A DNA stretch of 64,000 nucleotides from an uncultured Trueperaceae bacterium (GCA_963799485.1 CAWCXJ010000008.1:128001-192000); one strand, 5' to 3'. Positions 9,502 to 20,839 are shown, counted from the stretch's first letter. The notes: generated from the sequence alone by a model not told the origin. Made by a program: numbers and translations.

Positions 9502-10775
9502 ACAGGCAGCCGCAGTGTGACCTTTAAGCCGGTGAGCTGATTGGGCGTGAGAATCAGCGTACCGCTGTGAACAGCAGCGACCTGTGCGGCGACGCTTAAG
9601 CCCAAGCCGCTGCCGGGGGCGGTAGTTCCGGGCGTGCGGTAAAAGGGCTGGATAGCCTTCGCCAGCGCCTCCGGGGGCATCCCCGGGCCATAGTCGGAGA
9701 CGCTCAACCCAACCTCTTGTAGTCTGGGCTCGAGCCTCACTGTAACCAGCGCACCGGGCGCGTGTTTGCGGGCGTTATCGAGCAAGTTGAGCAGCGCTTG
9801 TTGCAACAACACGGGGTCGCCGACAAACGTCAGCGCATTTGGCCCATTGTAGGTTGCGCCGCCTGCACCGGCAGCATCTTTAGCTAGAACAGCGAGGTCG
9901 AACGCGACAACCTGAGAGCGGTTTTCACGAGCGAGGGTCAAGAGCGACGCGCTCAGGCGCACCATCCGCTCGGTCTCCTCGTCAAGAACTAAAAGCGTCT
10001 CGTCGGCGTCCGCGTAGCCTTCTTTGTACGCGCTGAGCTGAAGCCGCACCGCAGTCAGCGGCGTCCGCAGCTCGTGTGAAGCGTTGCGGGTAAACTGCGT
10101 TTCGCGCTCCAGAAACCCTGAAAGCCGCGCCATCATCCGGTTAAAGGTCTCCCCGAGGTCGGCCAGCTCACCCTGACCGGCGACTTCGACCCGCAGCGAG
10201 AGGTCGCCCGAGTCGGCAATCCGGCGCACCGTCCCGAGTAGATGCCGGAGCGGGTGGAGTACGGGGCCGCTGACGAGCAGCGCTGCAAGTGCGCCCAACG
10301 CCGAAACGAGCAGCGTGGTAAGCAAGACGGTCTCGCGGTAACGACCTAGACTGTACGCCGGAGCAGGCGACGCTATGGCCCCTTGCAAAAAGAGGTCGGG
10401 GGTGAGCCGCCTGCTGGTCACGCGCCACGCGCCGAACGAACGCACCGCGCTGGGCGTCAAGGGTGCGCTCAGGGGCACATCTTCCGGAAACGTCCCGAAC
10501 GTCTCCGTCACTCGGCCTTCATGGACGATGCGGGCGCTTGTCAGGTAATCGTCGAAGCGGGGCTCGAGCGTGGCGAAAGAGAGCGTTTCGCCGCGCAGCG
10601 TACCCGGAAGCGCCTGCACCTGCGCGGTGAGCTGTGAGAGGTAGTCGCTGAGGTCGAGGTCCAGGTCGGCGTAGAGGAGCCGCTGAAAGTTGAGGTAGCC
10701 GAGGACGCCCTGAACGAGCAGCGCCGCCGCAACCGTCACGGTGATAAAAAGGACAAGTCGCCGCCGAAGCGTCAC
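9429..10775 (-). CDS. sensor histidine kinase (TM-HAMP-HisKA-HATPase)
   Basis: ASHELRTPL, NLLDNA, DYGPG, GSGLGL. Confidence 0.93.
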   Translation of the reverse strand: MTLRRRLVLFITVTVAAALLVQGVLGYLNFQRLLYADLDLDLSDYLSQLTAQVQALPGTLRGETLSFATLEPRFDDYLTSARIVHEGRVTETFGTFPEDVPLSAPLTPSAVRSFGAWRVTSRRLTPDLFLQGAIASPAPAYSLGRYRETVLLTTLLVSALGALAALLVSGPVLHPLRHLLGTVRRIADSGDLSLRVEVAGQGELADLGETFNRMMARLSGFLERETQFTRNASHELRTPLTAVRLQLSAYKEGYADADETLLVLDEETERMVRLSASLLTLARENRSQVVAFDLAVLAKDAAGAGGATYNGPNALTFVGDPVLLQQALLNLLDNARKHAPGALVTVRLEPRLQEVGLSVSDYGPGMPPEALAKAIQPFYRTPGTTAPGSGLGLSVAAQVAAVHSGTLILTPNQLTGLKVTLRLPVQASATSSAGSSRETDSATARPAR

Positions 10776-10813
10776 GCTAATCTCACCATTTAAGTCTCAC
10801 CGTTTTCGTCTCA

Positions 10814-11470
10814 TCAGCTTAGTCCCAGCCGGTAGCCGCCCGCAACGGTTTCTACGACTTCCGGCCCGAGTTTGCTCCGCAGGTGATGAACGTACACCTT
10901 GACGACGCCCGTCCCTGCGCCCTCACCCCAAAGCACGTCGGTCAACGCTTCAGGGCTGTAAACCCGGTTCGGCGAGAGGACGAAACGCTCCAGGAGGGCG
11001 TATTCACGGCTCGAGAGGTCGACGGGGGCACCCGCCCAAGTTACGGCGCGGTTTACCAGGTCAAGCTCGAGCGGCCCACGTTGTATCCGACTCGTTTTTG
11101 CCTCGTGAACACGCCGTAAAAGCGCCCGCACGCGGGCCAAAAGTTCAGGCAAGTCAAAAGGCTTGACCACGTAGTCGTCGCCGCCGTCGTCGAGCCCGGT
11201 CACCCGGTCGGCGAGCGCGTCTCTGGCCGTCATAAAAAGAATCAGCCCCGTATAGCCTGAAGCCCGCGCTTCACGTGCAAAGATAAAACCGCCGTCACCG
11301 TGCTCGGGCAGCCGTACATCGAGCAGCAGCAGTTCGGGTTCAGCCTCGAGGAACGCTGCCCTTGCGCCTTGCAGCGTAGCTGCGTGGGTCACTTTATGGC
11401 CTTGTGCGCTAAGCGCCTGCACGACGGGCCTGGCGATATGGGGTTCATCCTCGAGCAGCAAGATACGCAT
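10814..11470 (-). CDS. OmpR-family response regulator
   Basis: ILLLEDE, LLDVRLP, DDYVVKPF, winged helix VYVHHLRSKL..GYRL. Confidence 0.95.
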   Translation of the reverse strand: MRILLLEDEPHIARPVVQALSAQGHKVTHAATLQGARAAFLEAEPELLLLDVRLPEHGDGGFIFAREARASGYTGLILFMTARDALADRVTGLDDGGDDYVVKPFDLPELLARVRALLRRVHEAKTSRIQRGPLELDLVNRAVTWAGAPVDLSSREYALLERFVLSPNRVYSPEALTDVLWGEGAGTGVVKVYVHHLRSKLGPEVVETVAGGYRLGLS

Positions 11471-11615
11471 ACGTGTCTCCAAGGCCGTACATGAAACCGT
11501 ACATACAAAACGCTAGAGCGTAGCGGTTACACCGGGGTTAAGGTTGGCGAGCCTAGCAGCACAGCGCTGACAACGCCCAAAACCTAGTCGTAAGTAGCGA
11601 GGGTTCGGGAGCCTC

Positions 11616-11630
11616 TGTATCAAGGATACA
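11616..11630. promoter_or_regulatory. palindromic candidate operator TGTATC-N3-GATACA
   Basis: inverted repeat between divergent regulator genes. Confidence 0.3.
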
Positions 11631-11750
11631 AGTTCCAGACGATACCTGTAACGCCCCAAAGGGCAAAAAGGGTTGAAGGAGCTACATACATGTACCCTCC
11701 CGAACGCTCCGAAACGGTATAGCCGCTATAATTTTGGCTACAGAGGTGAC

Positions 11751-12425
11751 ATGACGAAACCCTGGTTTGTCCACGGAACCGAGTTTTCCGAACGTATCGA
11801 CAGGCGCGACTACGGCATTTTTATGCGCGTCTGTCCTGAAAAACGCTACGGACGTAGCGAGACGATTTTCCGTTTGGGCGACCCGGCGACGAACCTGCAC
11901 GTGATTGCCGAAGGTCAGGTCAAGCTGGTTACGGCGGCGGCGGGTGGCAACGAACGCATCCTGGCGATCTGCGGCCCCGACGATTTTATCGGCGAGGCAT
12001 TTTTGCAAGAAGCGCAGGTTTACCAGGTTGACGCGGTAGCCCTGACCGACGCCGTGACCTGCCCGATGAGCCGCGACCAGTTTCTCGAGCTGGCCCTGCG
12101 CGCTCCGACCTTTACCCTGAGCTTCGCTGAAATCCTGGCGAGCCAGCTGTTTGGCTGCCGTGAACAACTTTCCAACAGTTACGACGCTGTGCCGCAACGG
12201 TTGGCCAGGGTTCTTTTAGAGCAAGCCGAGCGCTTCGGCACGCCTTTGGAGGGCGGTTGGTGCGAACTGCTGACCGAACTCCGTCATGATGAACTCGCGT
12301 CGATGGTCAGCGCGACGCGGGTATCGGTCTCGACGGCGTTTGCCGAACTGCGGACACGGGGGTTTGTCAAGGGGAGTAGGGGGCACTACCAGCTACATAT
12401 GCCGAGCTTAAGCGACTCATTTTAG
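11751..12425 (+). CDS. Crp/Fnr-family transcriptional regulator
   Basis: cNMP-binding fold (GQVKL, FIGE), HTH ELASMVSATRVSVS; GAGG RBS before ATG 11751. Confidence 0.92.
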   Translation: MTKPWFVHGTEFSERIDRRDYGIFMRVCPEKRYGRSETIFRLGDPATNLHVIAEGQVKLVTAAAGGNERILAICGPDDFIGEAFLQEAQVYQVDAVALTDAVTCPMSRDQFLELALRAPTFTLSFAEILASQLFGCREQLSNSYDAVPQRLARVLLEQAERFGTPLEGGWCELLTELRHDELASMVSATRVSVSTAFAELRTRGFVKGSRGHYQLHMPSLSDSF

Positions 12426-12457
12426 CGCTGAATACCCAAACGAACGTCTAAAGCAGC

Positions 12458-12482
12458 AAAAAACCCGCCTCGGCGGGTTCTT
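12458..12482. terminator. bidirectional terminator
   Basis: A-run-aacccgcc-tc-ggcgggtt between convergent genes. Confidence 0.75.
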
Positions 12483-12491
12483 GAGTTTTAG

Positions 12492-13529
12492 TTAGGGCCG
12501 CCTGATACACGCCTTGAAGTGACCGGGCGAAATCTCCTCTAAGGGCGGGACGACCTCGGCACATTCTTTAATGGCAATCGGGCAGCGCGTCCTGAACACG
12601 CACCCTGACGGCGGGTTGATGGGGCTGGGAATATCGCCCTGCAAGATGGTGCGCTCGCGTTTGACGGTCGGGTCGGGGATCGGCACCGCCGAGAGGAGCG
12701 CTTCGGTATAGGGGTGGATTGGGTTGCGGTAGAGCTCTTTGGCAGGCGCGATTTCCATCACGCGGCCTAAGTACATCACCACCACGCGGTCGGAGATGTA
12801 TTCGACGACGCCCAAGTCGTGCGCGATAAAAAGAAGGGTCAGGCCGAGTTCTTCTTTGAGGTCTTGGAGCAAGTTGACGACCTGCGCCTGAATCGACACG
12901 TCCAAAGCCGAAACGGGTTCGTCGGCGACGATAAACTGCGGGTCAACCGCGAGCGCCCGCGCAATCCCGATACGCTGGCGTTGCCCACCGGAAAACTCGT
13001 GCGGGTAGCGCCGCATATGCTGCGCGGAGAGTCCGGTACGTTCCAAAAGCTGTACGATACGTTCTTCTCGAGCTTTGCCCCGGGCGAGTTTGTGAATATC
13101 TAACGCCTCACCGATAATGTCGCCGACGGTCATCCGGGGGTTTAAGCTGGCAAACGGGTCTTGAAAGATGATCTGCATCTCTTTACGGTACTCGCGCATC
13201 TGCGAACGCGACACCTTGGCGATGTCGGTGCCGTTGAAGATAATTTCACCTTCGGTCGGTTCGATCAGCCGCAAAATCGTGCGTCCGGCGGTCGTTTTAC
13301 CTGAGCCCGACTCACCGACGAGCCCGACGACCTCACCGGGTTTGATGTTGAGCGACACGTCTTCGACCGCTTTGACGTTGGCAACGGTGCGCGAGAAGAC
13401 GCCGCCCTTGATGGGAAAATACTTTTTGAGGTTTTTGATCTCCAAAAGGTATTCGCCCTGGGTCACGTCGCGTTTGTCTGCGCCGGAGGAGCGCTTTTCG
13501 GGTTCGTGTACTACACGTACCTCACTCAC
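12492..13529 (-). CDS. oppF: oligopeptide ABC transporter ATP-binding protein
   Basis: [20 protein letters not shown], oligo_HPY C-terminus. Confidence 0.93.
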   Translation of the reverse strand: MSEVRVVHEPEKRSSGADKRDVTQGEYLLEIKNLKKYFPIKGGVFSRTVANVKAVEDVSLNIKPGEVVGLVGESGSGKTTAGRTILRLIEPTEGEIIFNGTDIAKVSRSQMREYRKEMQIIFQDPFASLNPRMTVGDIIGEALDIHKLARGKAREERIVQLLERTGLSAQHMRRYPHEFSGGQRQRIGIARALAVDPQFIVADEPVSALDVSIQAQVVNLLQDLKEELGLTLLFIAHDLGVVEYISDRVVVMYLGRVMEIAPAKELYRNPIHPYTEALLSAVPIPDPTVKRERTILQGDIPSPINPPSGCVFRTRCPIAIKECAEVVPPLEEISPGHFKACIRRP

Positions 13530-14536
13530 GCGACCTTCTCCTCTTCGAGCTCGAGCTCGTTCCAGCGGATGCAGCGCACCATATGTCCGCCGCCGGTGTC
13601 TTCAAGGGGCGGGATCGCCTCTTTGCACTTTTCCCGGACGAACGCGCAGCGCGGGTGAAACGAGCAGCCTTGCGGCAGGTAGAGCGGGTTCGGGACGTTG
13701 CCGGGGATGGCTTGGAGCCTGTCCTGGTGTTCAGCGGCCTTGTCCACACGCGGAATCGAGTTCATGAGCCCGAGGGTGTAGGGCATCTGCGGGTTGGCAA
13801 AAATCTCGTTGACGCTGCCCTCTTCGACGGCGCGACCGGCGTACATCACCACCACGCGGTCGGCAATTTCCGCGACGACGCCTAAGTCGTGCGTGATAAA
13901 CAAGATGCTCATGCCGATTTCGCGTTGCAGCTGGCGCATCAGGTCCAGAATCTGCGCCTGGATGGTGACGTCGAGTGCGGTGGTCGGTTCGTCGGCGATC
14001 AAGAGTTTCGGGCCACACGACAGCGCCATCGCAATCATCACGCGCTGGCGCATTCCACCCGACATCTGGTGCGGGTAGTTGTGGACGCGTTTGCCCGGTT
14101 CGGGGATGCCGACCAAATCGAGCATTTCGGTTGCGAGCTTCATCGACTGTTTACGGTTTTTGTGCTGGTGGAGCTGAACCGCTTCGGCAATCTGGTCGCC
14201 GACGGTGTAGACCGGGTTCAAGCTGGTCATCGGCTCCTGAAAGATCATCGAGATGTCGTTGCCGCGAATTTTCCGCATCTCCGACTCGCTTTTTTTGACC
14301 AAATCCTGGCCTTCAAAGAGCATCTCGCCGCCTGCGATACGCCCCGGCGGTTGCGCGATCAGCCGCATGATAGATAAGCTCGTGACCGATTTGCCCGAAC
14401 CCGACTCGCCGACGACCGCTAAGGTTTCGCCCCGGTTGATGTGAAACGTTACGCCGTCGACGGCTTTGACCGTGCCTTCGTCGGTGCCGAAATAGGTTTT
14501 GAGGTCGTTGACCTCGAGGATACGTTTGTCAGCCAT
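13526..14536 (-). CDS. oppD: oligopeptide ABC transporter ATP-binding protein
   Basis: [30 protein letters not shown]. Confidence 0.93.
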   Translation of the reverse strand: MADKRILEVNDLKTYFGTDEGTVKAVDGVTFHINRGETLAVVGESGSGKSVTSLSIMRLIAQPPGRIAGGEMLFEGQDLVKKSESEMRKIRGNDISMIFQEPMTSLNPVYTVGDQIAEAVQLHQHKNRKQSMKLATEMLDLVGIPEPGKRVHNYPHQMSGGMRQRVMIAMALSCGPKLLIADEPTTALDVTIQAQILDLMRQLQREIGMSILFITHDLGVVAEIADRVVVMYAGRAVEEGSVNEIFANPQMPYTLGLMNSIPRVDKAAEHQDRLQAIPGNVPNPLYLPQGCSFHPRCAFVREKCKEAIPPLEDTGGGHMVRCIRWNELELEEEKVA

Positions 14537-14622
14537 AAAGTCTCCTGGGGACCGTGAAAGTTCGTGTCTCAACCGCGCTTTCAGCCACTTTGTACCTGCT
14601 CACCCTGTTAGTGTACCGCACG

Positions 14623-15822
14623 CTACTGCCGACTACGCGGGTCGAAAGCGTCGCGCAGTCCGTCGCCTAAGAGGTTCCAGGTCAAAACCGAAATAAAGAT
14701 AAACACACCGGGCAAAAAAACCCACCAGCGTTCGCCGAGTCCCGAAACACCCGCAAAGCCCTGCGCGGTCGCCAGCATGAGCCCCCAACTCGTCGAGGGT
14801 GGTTGAATGCCGAGGCCGAAAAAGCTCAGTACAGACTCGGTGATAATAAACGCAGGGATTACAAGACTCATGTAGACGATAACGTAACTTAGCGTGTGGG
14901 GCAGCATATGGCGAAAGATAATACGGGTATTGTTGGCACCCAAAGACCGCGCGGCGTAGGCAAAATCGCGTTCACGGAGCGACAACACCTGCCCCCGAAT
15001 CGTCCGCGCGACGCCGCCCCAACCGATGACCGAAAGTGCGATAACGACCAGTATAAAAACGGTCGAAGACGGGAGGTTCAGCGGATAAAAGACCGCCGAA
15101 AGGGTAATCAGCAAAAAAAGATCGGGAATAGCCGAGAGTGCCTCGATAAACCGCATAATCACCTCGTCGACCCAACCACCGAAAAACCCGGCAATTCCGC
15201 CCATGACCATCCCGATGATAATAGCGACAAGCGCTGCCATAATCCCGATAGTGAGACTTATACGTGCGCCGAAAAGGATTTTGCCGAACACGTCGCCGCC
15301 CAGGTCGTCCGAACCCCAGAGGTGAATGCGTGCGGGTTCATCGACGCCGAACAGGTGCAGCGTTGCCCAGGGGCGGATATTTAGGGTTTGGCGGAGGGGT
15401 TCGGGGATGAGGTTGACGGGAAACGGGACGTAGCGTTCACGGACACCTTCACGCCTCACCAGGAGCTTGAGTGGATAACGCACCGAGGTGTCCTCCGTCC
15501 AGGTCGTTTCGAACGTCTCCATATCGAGTGTTTGCGTCATCGCGTAGATAAACGGCCCGACAAACCGCCCTTCCTCCCAGAAGCGAACGCGGTTGGGCGG
15601 CTGAAAGGTGATATTGGGGTTGATATATCCTTCCGAGTAGGGTGCAAAAAAGTCTGCAAACGCTGCTAGAAAATACAAGATACCCAAGATAAGGAGCGCA
15701 ATACGCGCCAGCGGATGTTTGCGAAACTGCGCCCAGGCAATCGAGGTGAGGCTGGTACCACGTCCTTTTTTCGCTGCCGGAGCCTCCGGCGCGCCGGTCG
15801 GCACAAACGGTGCGTCGGCCAT
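14623..15822 (-). CDS. oppC: oligopeptide ABC transporter permease
   Basis: GSDDLGGD, AARSLGA loop, LGDGLRDAFDPR. Confidence 0.92.
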   Translation of the reverse strand: MADAPFVPTGAPEAPAAKKGRGTSLTSIAWAQFRKHPLARIALLILGILYFLAAFADFFAPYSEGYINPNITFQPPNRVRFWEEGRFVGPFIYAMTQTLDMETFETTWTEDTSVRYPLKLLVRREGVRERYVPFPVNLIPEPLRQTLNIRPWATLHLFGVDEPARIHLWGSDDLGGDVFGKILFGARISLTIGIMAALVAIIIGMVMGGIAGFFGGWVDEVIMRFIEALSAIPDLFLLITLSAVFYPLNLPSSTVFILVVIALSVIGWGGVARTIRGQVLSLRERDFAYAARSLGANNTRIIFRHMLPHTLSYVIVYMSLVIPAFIITESVLSFFGLGIQPPSTSWGLMLATAQGFAGVSGLGERWWVFLPGVFIFISVLTWNLLGDGLRDAFDPRSRQ

Positions 15823-16802
15823 CAGTAACGAATCCGCGGGTCAATGAGAGCGAGAGCGAGGTCGGACAAGAGGTTGCCGAGCATTAAAAGAATCGTCAGG
15901 ATAGTCAGCAGCGCCATGATGACGTAGGTGTCTTGGGCGTAGATCGAGCGGATGAAGAGCGGCGTGATACCGGGCCAGCGGAGTACGTACTCGACGGAAC
16001 CCGCGCCGCCGATCAAGCTGGGCAGCAGCCCACCGATTGTTGCTACGATCACAATCATTGCATTTCTAAGGGCGTGCTTGTAGTTGACTGCACGCTCGGA
16101 AAGCCCTTTGGCGCGCGCCGTGCGAACATAATCCTGACCGAGTACCTCGAGCATCTCCCCGCGCATAAACCGCGATACCGAGGCGAGGCTGGCCAGCATC
16201 ACGACAATCGTTGGTGCAATCAGGTGCCAGGCGATATCCCAAAACTGCCCCCACGCGCTCAGCTGCCCGAAGTTTTGACTGGTCATCCCCCCCACCGGAA
16301 TTAAAAAGCTGTCATACGCCTGAAACCACTGCACTGCGAACGCCACTACGAGGAGCGCCAGAAAAAAGTTGGGAATCGCCAGCCCGATAAGACTAAAAAT
16401 AGTTAAAAACCTGTCGCCGAGCGAATACTTACGAACCGCTGAAAAAACGCCGATAGGTACTGCAATGAGATAGGTCAAAATTGTCGCCGGCAAAAGCAGC
16501 CGCAGGCTGTTGATCATCCGGGGCCAGATGAGGTTCGTAACGTCTCCCTTGGAGGTCATGCTGGTACCGAAGTCAAAACCCGTCACGACGTTTCTAAGCC
16601 AGTAAAAATAGCGGATGAACCACGGCTGACCGAGCCCGAGCGCTTCACGAATCCGCTCTGCTTTATTTGGGTCAACCTGGTCGAAAGCAAATTTGCTGGC
16701 AAAATCTCCCGGTGCAATTTCGATAACGACCCAGGCTAAAAAGGTCGCCAGGATAAAGGTGGGAATAAGATTGATAAAACGTCTCAGGATATAAGCGGTC
16801 AA
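15822..16802 (-). CDS. oppB: oligopeptide ABC transporter permease
   Basis: AYILRR, QDYVRTARAKGL..HALRNA, DPRIRY; TTG start after GGGAG. Confidence 0.92.
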   Translation of the reverse strand: MTAYILRRFINLIPTFILATFLAWVVIEIAPGDFASKFAFDQVDPNKAERIREALGLGQPWFIRYFYWLRNVVTGFDFGTSMTSKGDVTNLIWPRMINSLRLLLPATILTYLIAVPIGVFSAVRKYSLGDRFLTIFSLIGLAIPNFFLALLVVAFAVQWFQAYDSFLIPVGGMTSQNFGQLSAWGQFWDIAWHLIAPTIVVMLASLASVSRFMRGEMLEVLGQDYVRTARAKGLSERAVNYKHALRNAMIVIVATIGGLLPSLIGGAGSVEYVLRWPGITPLFIRSIYAQDTYVIMALLTILTILLMLGNLLSDLALALIDPRIRY

Positions 16803-16859
16803 CGGTCTCTCCCAATATCTGCAAACTTGTACAGCCAAATGTTGCGACTAAATCTGTGA

Positions 16860-16892
16860 CAAGGAGCTTTTGGACAATCCAAAAGCTCCTTG
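16860..16892. other. 15-bp perfect hairpin downstream of the SBP gene (mRNA stabiliser/attenuator)
   Basis: caaggagcttttgga-caa-tccaaaagctccttg. Confidence 0.65.
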
Positions 16893-16909
16893 CAAATGCC
16901 GGGTTGACT

Positions 16910-18700
16910 TTACTGCGGCGCAGCCAGCGTGTCGCGGAAGCCGCCGGGACGGTAGGGGGACTCGATGCTGTTCGCGTCCAGCGCTTCTTCGGGCCAGAGG
17001 TTACTCATGTTGCCGTAAAAGCTGAACGCGGGGCTGATAAGCGGCGTCATCGGCAGATACTGACGCATCAGCTCGGCGCGCTGGTCGTAGATCGCTACGC
17101 GCTCGTCTAGGTCGAGCGTGCGGTCCATCCGGCGGCTGAGGCGGTCCATCGAAATCTCCCAGGGTTGGGCGTCGTCGGGGTTTTTGTTCCACGAATTGAG
17201 GTTTTCGCCTAACCCCAGCACGTTGACCGACGAGGGGTTGTCCACGTCACCACCGGCAAGTCCCCAAATCTGCGCGTCGTAGTCGACTTTGGTGCCTTCG
17301 GCTTCGGTACCGGTAATCGAATCCGACCAGATTTCTGTTGAAACTTCACGTGGGTTCGCGCGGACACCGTACTCTGCGAGGGTCTGCGAGATAACCTGCG
17401 CTTCTTGGGCGCGGCGGTCGTTGCCGGAGTTGAACTGCAAATCGAAAGCGACGCGGCAACCCGTATCCGGGTTCATCAGCACGCCGTCCTGGCCGGTTTC
17501 GGTAAAGCCGATAGAGTTGAGAAGCTCAATACCGCGCTGAGGATTAAACTCGAAGGGCTCCAAGTTCGGTGCGTCGAACGGCGCTGACGAATCGCTGTTG
17601 TAATCGCTGGCGGGAAAACCGAGGCCACCCAGCGCCGCCTGAATCAAAGCTTGCCGGTCGATCATAATCGAGACGGCCTGACGGAACTCGGGCGCACGGA
17701 ACAAGTTACGCTTACACTCGTTTTTCTTCTGAAAGTTATAGGTAATAAAGTCTACCAGCGTGTCGGGGCCGATGTTGGGAAAGAACGTCCCGTTGATCGT
17801 GCCGTTTTGTACCGCCTGCTGCACGGCGCGCACGTCGTCTACAGTTTGCGGCCAGTCGAAGCTGGCCTGACCTGTGGTTACGAGCGCAATCTGTGCGTTA
17901 CGGTCGGCGACGAAATCCACCGTCCAGGTGTCGGGGCCGGGGAGCGGCGAGCCGTCGGCAGCCTGGACATTCTTGCCGTACTCGGGGTTTTTAGAAAGCA
18001 CGATGCGCTCGCCGGGGCGGAACTCGGTGATCATGTAGGGGCCACCCGAAACGAGCTGGTCAACGGGGGTGTCGGTTCCCCACAAGGAGAGGATGCCCTC
18101 AGCCCCACTTTCTTCATAAACCGGCATGAAAACGTGGGCGGGAACAGCGCCGACGGAAGCGACGGCGAACATCAGGTTGACCTGCGGTTCGGGCGAGGTG
18201 ACGCGAAACTGATACTTGCCCATCTTCTCGTAAACGATGGGTTCTTCGTTATCACCGACCACAGTCGACGAGTAACCGTTCGACTGGACATCCGGGTCGC
18301 CGATGATGGTACGCGCGGCGATATAGTCGTCGGCGGTGATCTCGGTGCCGTCCGACCAGTTCCAGCCCTCTTTTAACGTGATGATAAATTCTTGCTCCGG
18401 GCGCACCTCTTCGATAGACGCGGCGTGAACCAAGTTAAACGAACCGTCCTCTTGCCTAAACGAACGGTTGCCGAGCCAGTCGCGGTAGATGAGGTCAGGG
18501 CCGCCGACCATACCGATGACGGCAGCTTCTTGAGCACTCGAGGTGAGCACCGGGTTGAGCGTTACGAAGTCGCCGTAAAGCGCCTCGTTGATGGTGCCGC
18601 CCTGCGGGGCGGTCGGCGCGTAGTTTTCAGGCCACTGAAACGTTTGCGCGTAGGCCAGCGAACCGGCTAGCGCTAGGGTCGCGAAAAGGGCTCTTTTCAT
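16910..18700 (-). CDS. oppA: ABC transporter substrate-binding protein, family 5
   Basis: signal peptide, WSDGTEITADD, SGGPY, FRQAVS. Confidence 0.88.
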   Translation of the reverse strand: MKRALFATLALAGSLAYAQTFQWPENYAPTAPQGGTINEALYGDFVTLNPVLTSSAQEAAVIGMVGGPDLIYRDWLGNRSFRQEDGSFNLVHAASIEEVRPEQEFIITLKEGWNWSDGTEITADDYIAARTIIGDPDVQSNGYSSTVVGDNEEPIVYEKMGKYQFRVTSPEPQVNLMFAVASVGAVPAHVFMPVYEESGAEGILSLWGTDTPVDQLVSGGPYMITEFRPGERIVLSKNPEYGKNVQAADGSPLPGPDTWTVDFVADRNAQIALVTTGQASFDWPQTVDDVRAVQQAVQNGTINGTFFPNIGPDTLVDFITYNFQKKNECKRNLFRAPEFRQAVSIMIDRQALIQAALGGLGFPASDYNSDSSAPFDAPNLEPFEFNPQRGIELLNSIGFTETGQDGVLMNPDTGCRVAFDLQFNSGNDRRAQEAQVISQTLAEYGVRANPREVSTEIWSDSITGTEAEGTKVDYDAQIWGLAGGDVDNPSSVNVLGLGENLNSWNKNPDDAQPWEISMDRLSRRMDRTLDLDERVAIYDQRAELMRQYLPMTPLISPAFSFYGNMSNLWPEEALDANSIESPYRPGGFRDTLAAPQ

Positions 18701-19036
18701 CGTTTCCTCCTACTAAGAATGATGTGCATACGCTATTAGCTTATGCCAAATGCTCCTTTAGTACATGAATACGCTGTTGCTCTAAAAGGCTAACCTCAGC
18801 GGGGGTAAAAATCAAGCTGTCCCGCTTCTTTTGGCTGTATGCGGCGTCGGCCCCTCCACCCTTGCAATCTAGCACCCCGAAGGGGACGCGTCAAACGCTG
18901 CGGGGTGACACGAAGCACGTTTGTAGGGCAATAAAGTACAGTTATCCTACAAACTTGGGTAGGCTGTCACAAAAAAATATACCGACTTGTACGTTCCGGC
19001 GTTACAGTCACAGTTCTCTCAGTGTTACCATCTGAC

Positions 19037-19067
19037 AAAAAAAGCCCCGTCACTTAGCGGACGGGGC
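19037..19067 (-). terminator. terminator of tRNA-Leu-secG
   Basis: gccccgtc..gacggggc + U7 on minus strand. Confidence 0.8.
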
Positions 19068-19102
19068 AGGTGTAATTTTACGGGTACCGCGACGTTTCCG
19101 GG

Positions 19103-19342
19103 TTACGCCCTCGGTACGATAGCGAGCGCCAGCGCCAGCAGACCCCAGGTTACGCCCAGATAGATGGTCAAACGCTGCAAACCGCCTGCGGTGCCGCCGG
19201 TCGACGCCGAGAAGTCTTGCCCGCCGCCGCCCAGACCTTCACCGAGACCGCCTTGTTTGGGTTCTTGCATGATGACGATGGCGGTAAGCGCAAACGACGT
19301 TAGGACAAACAGTAAAAAGATAAGCCAGAATACGATAAACAC
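19103..19342 (-). CDS. secG: preprotein translocase subunit SecG
   Basis: two TMs, IVIMQEPKQGGLG, LQRLT; adjacent to tRNA-Leu. Confidence 0.88.
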   Translation of the reverse strand: MFIVFWLIFLLFVLTSFALTAIVIMQEPKQGGLGEGLGGGGQDFSASTGGTAGGLQRLTIYLGVTWGLLALALAIVPRA

Positions 19343-19402
19343 TTCAGAAGCCTCCGTCAGAGAAACTGTGCGCTGCAGGGCTGCACAGTGGGGTTGATAA
19401 AG

Positions 19403-19487
19403 TGGTGCCGAGAGCGGGACTCGAACCCGCACAGCCGAAGCCGGTAGATTTTGAGTCTACTGCGTCTACCAATTCCGCCATCCCGGC
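19403..19487 (-). tRNA. tRNA-Leu(CAA)
   Basis: GCCGGGATGGCGGAATTGGTAGACGC..anticodon loop CT-CAA-AA, long variable arm, GTTCGAGTC, CCA end. Confidence 0.97.
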
Positions 19488-19549
19488 ACGGGTAAAGCGT
19501 AGCAGGGGCGGTTGCCCAACCTTAAAAGGTGCACTACGCAAAACAGGTT

Positions 19550-19578
19550 ATCTTATCGCGGTTTCTAGCTAAAAGCAA
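19550..19578 (-). promoter_or_regulatory. sigma70-type promoter for tRNA-Leu
   Basis: TTGCTT-N17-TAAGAT. Confidence 0.6.
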
Positions 19579-20548
19579 CCGAATATCGACCGGATGCTTG
19601 AAGCTGTGTGGGCTCGAGCCTCCCCGACAGCAGCGCCTCGAGTTCGGCGAGCGTGCTGACTTTTGCGAGCGCGGGACGCAGCTTCGCCGTGTCCGGCAAC
19701 GCTTCGGCGTAGCGCAAGAGTTGTCCGCGCAATTTGACGATGGCGTGTTCGCTGCCGTACCAGCTGCGGGCGTGGCGGGCGTGCCCCAGCATCACCGCAA
19801 CTTTTTGCTCTTGCGTAGGCTCCGGCTCGCCGCGAAAGGTCGAAAAAAGCCACGGGCGTCCGAGCGCTCCCCGCCCGATCATCACGCCGAGACCCAGCGC
19901 GCGGTAGCGTTCAAATTGTGCCCTGGTCGTTACGTCTCCTGAGCCGACGACGGGAATGTTGAGCTGCGCGGCAACATCTGCGACCGCGTTCCAGTCGGCC
20001 TCGCCACTGTACTTTTGCGCGGCGGTGCGCCCGTGAACCGTAAGGAGGGCTGCGCCCGCCTCTTGCAGGGCCAGGGCGACCTCGAGGGCGTTTACCGTAT
20101 CGAAACCAAGCCGCAGTTTGGCGCTGACGGGTACGGGTACCGCTTGGGCCAGTGCGTCAACGATAGCCGCCGCCCTTTCGGGGTCTTGCATCAAACGTGA
20201 ACCACAGCTTTTACCCGTCACCTTTTTGACCGGACAGCCCATGTTGAGGTCTAGCGCGGCAGGCCGGTAGGTGTCGTACAAAATGCGTCCGCCCGCGGCG
20301 ACGATTTCAGGTTCACCGCCGAAAACCTGAATCACCAGGTCGGGTTCACCGCTGTACGGCGCGCCGATCTCCAACCCGCGCCCGTTACCCTGCACGAGCG
20401 CCTTCGCGCTGACCATTTCAGTCACCGCCCAACCACTCCCGAAGCGGCGACAGAGCCGCCGAAACGGGGCGTCGGTAAAACCTGCCATCGGCGCGAGCAC
20501 GGCCCGGCCTGAAGCAAGTCTAGAAGCATAGAAGGCGACTTCGCTCAT
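19565..20548 (-). CDS. dus: tRNA-dihydrouridine synthase (DusB-like)
   Basis: LAPMAGFTD, DLNMGCP, TVHGRT, MIGRGALGRPW. Confidence 0.93.
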   Translation of the reverse strand: MSEVAFYASRLASGRAVLAPMAGFTDAPFRRLCRRFGSGWAVTEMVSAKALVQGNGRGLEIGAPYSGEPDLVIQVFGGEPEIVAAGGRILYDTYRPAALDLNMGCPVKKVTGKSCGSRLMQDPERAAAIVDALAQAVPVPVSAKLRLGFDTVNALEVALALQEAGAALLTVHGRTAAQKYSGEADWNAVADVAAQLNIPVVGSGDVTTRAQFERYRALGLGVMIGRGALGRPWLFSTFRGEPEPTQEQKVAVMLGHARHARSWYGSEHAIVKLRGQLLRYAEALPDTAKLRPALAKVSTLAELEALLSGRLEPTQLQASGRYSVAFS

Positions 20549-20839
20549 CTCCCTAGGTTACCTGAAAGTCGGGCGGCAACGCTTCACGTAACAGGTAGCC
20601 GCTAGCCGGAAACGCGCCCGGCACAGGGTTTGATACAGGGTTTGGCGACCCTTTGGCGACCTGCACGTCCATGTTGAGCTGAGTTTGTGTCTAATGAAAA
20701 TATGCCCCAAAAATAAAAAGGAGCACACCCGGGTTAAACCTTTTGGAAAGGCCAAACGAAACCATTTTTTAACCGTCTCGTTCTAGGCTCGAGCTGCCCC
20801 GGACATGCTGAAGTGCTGCCGGGTCAAAAGGAGACCATT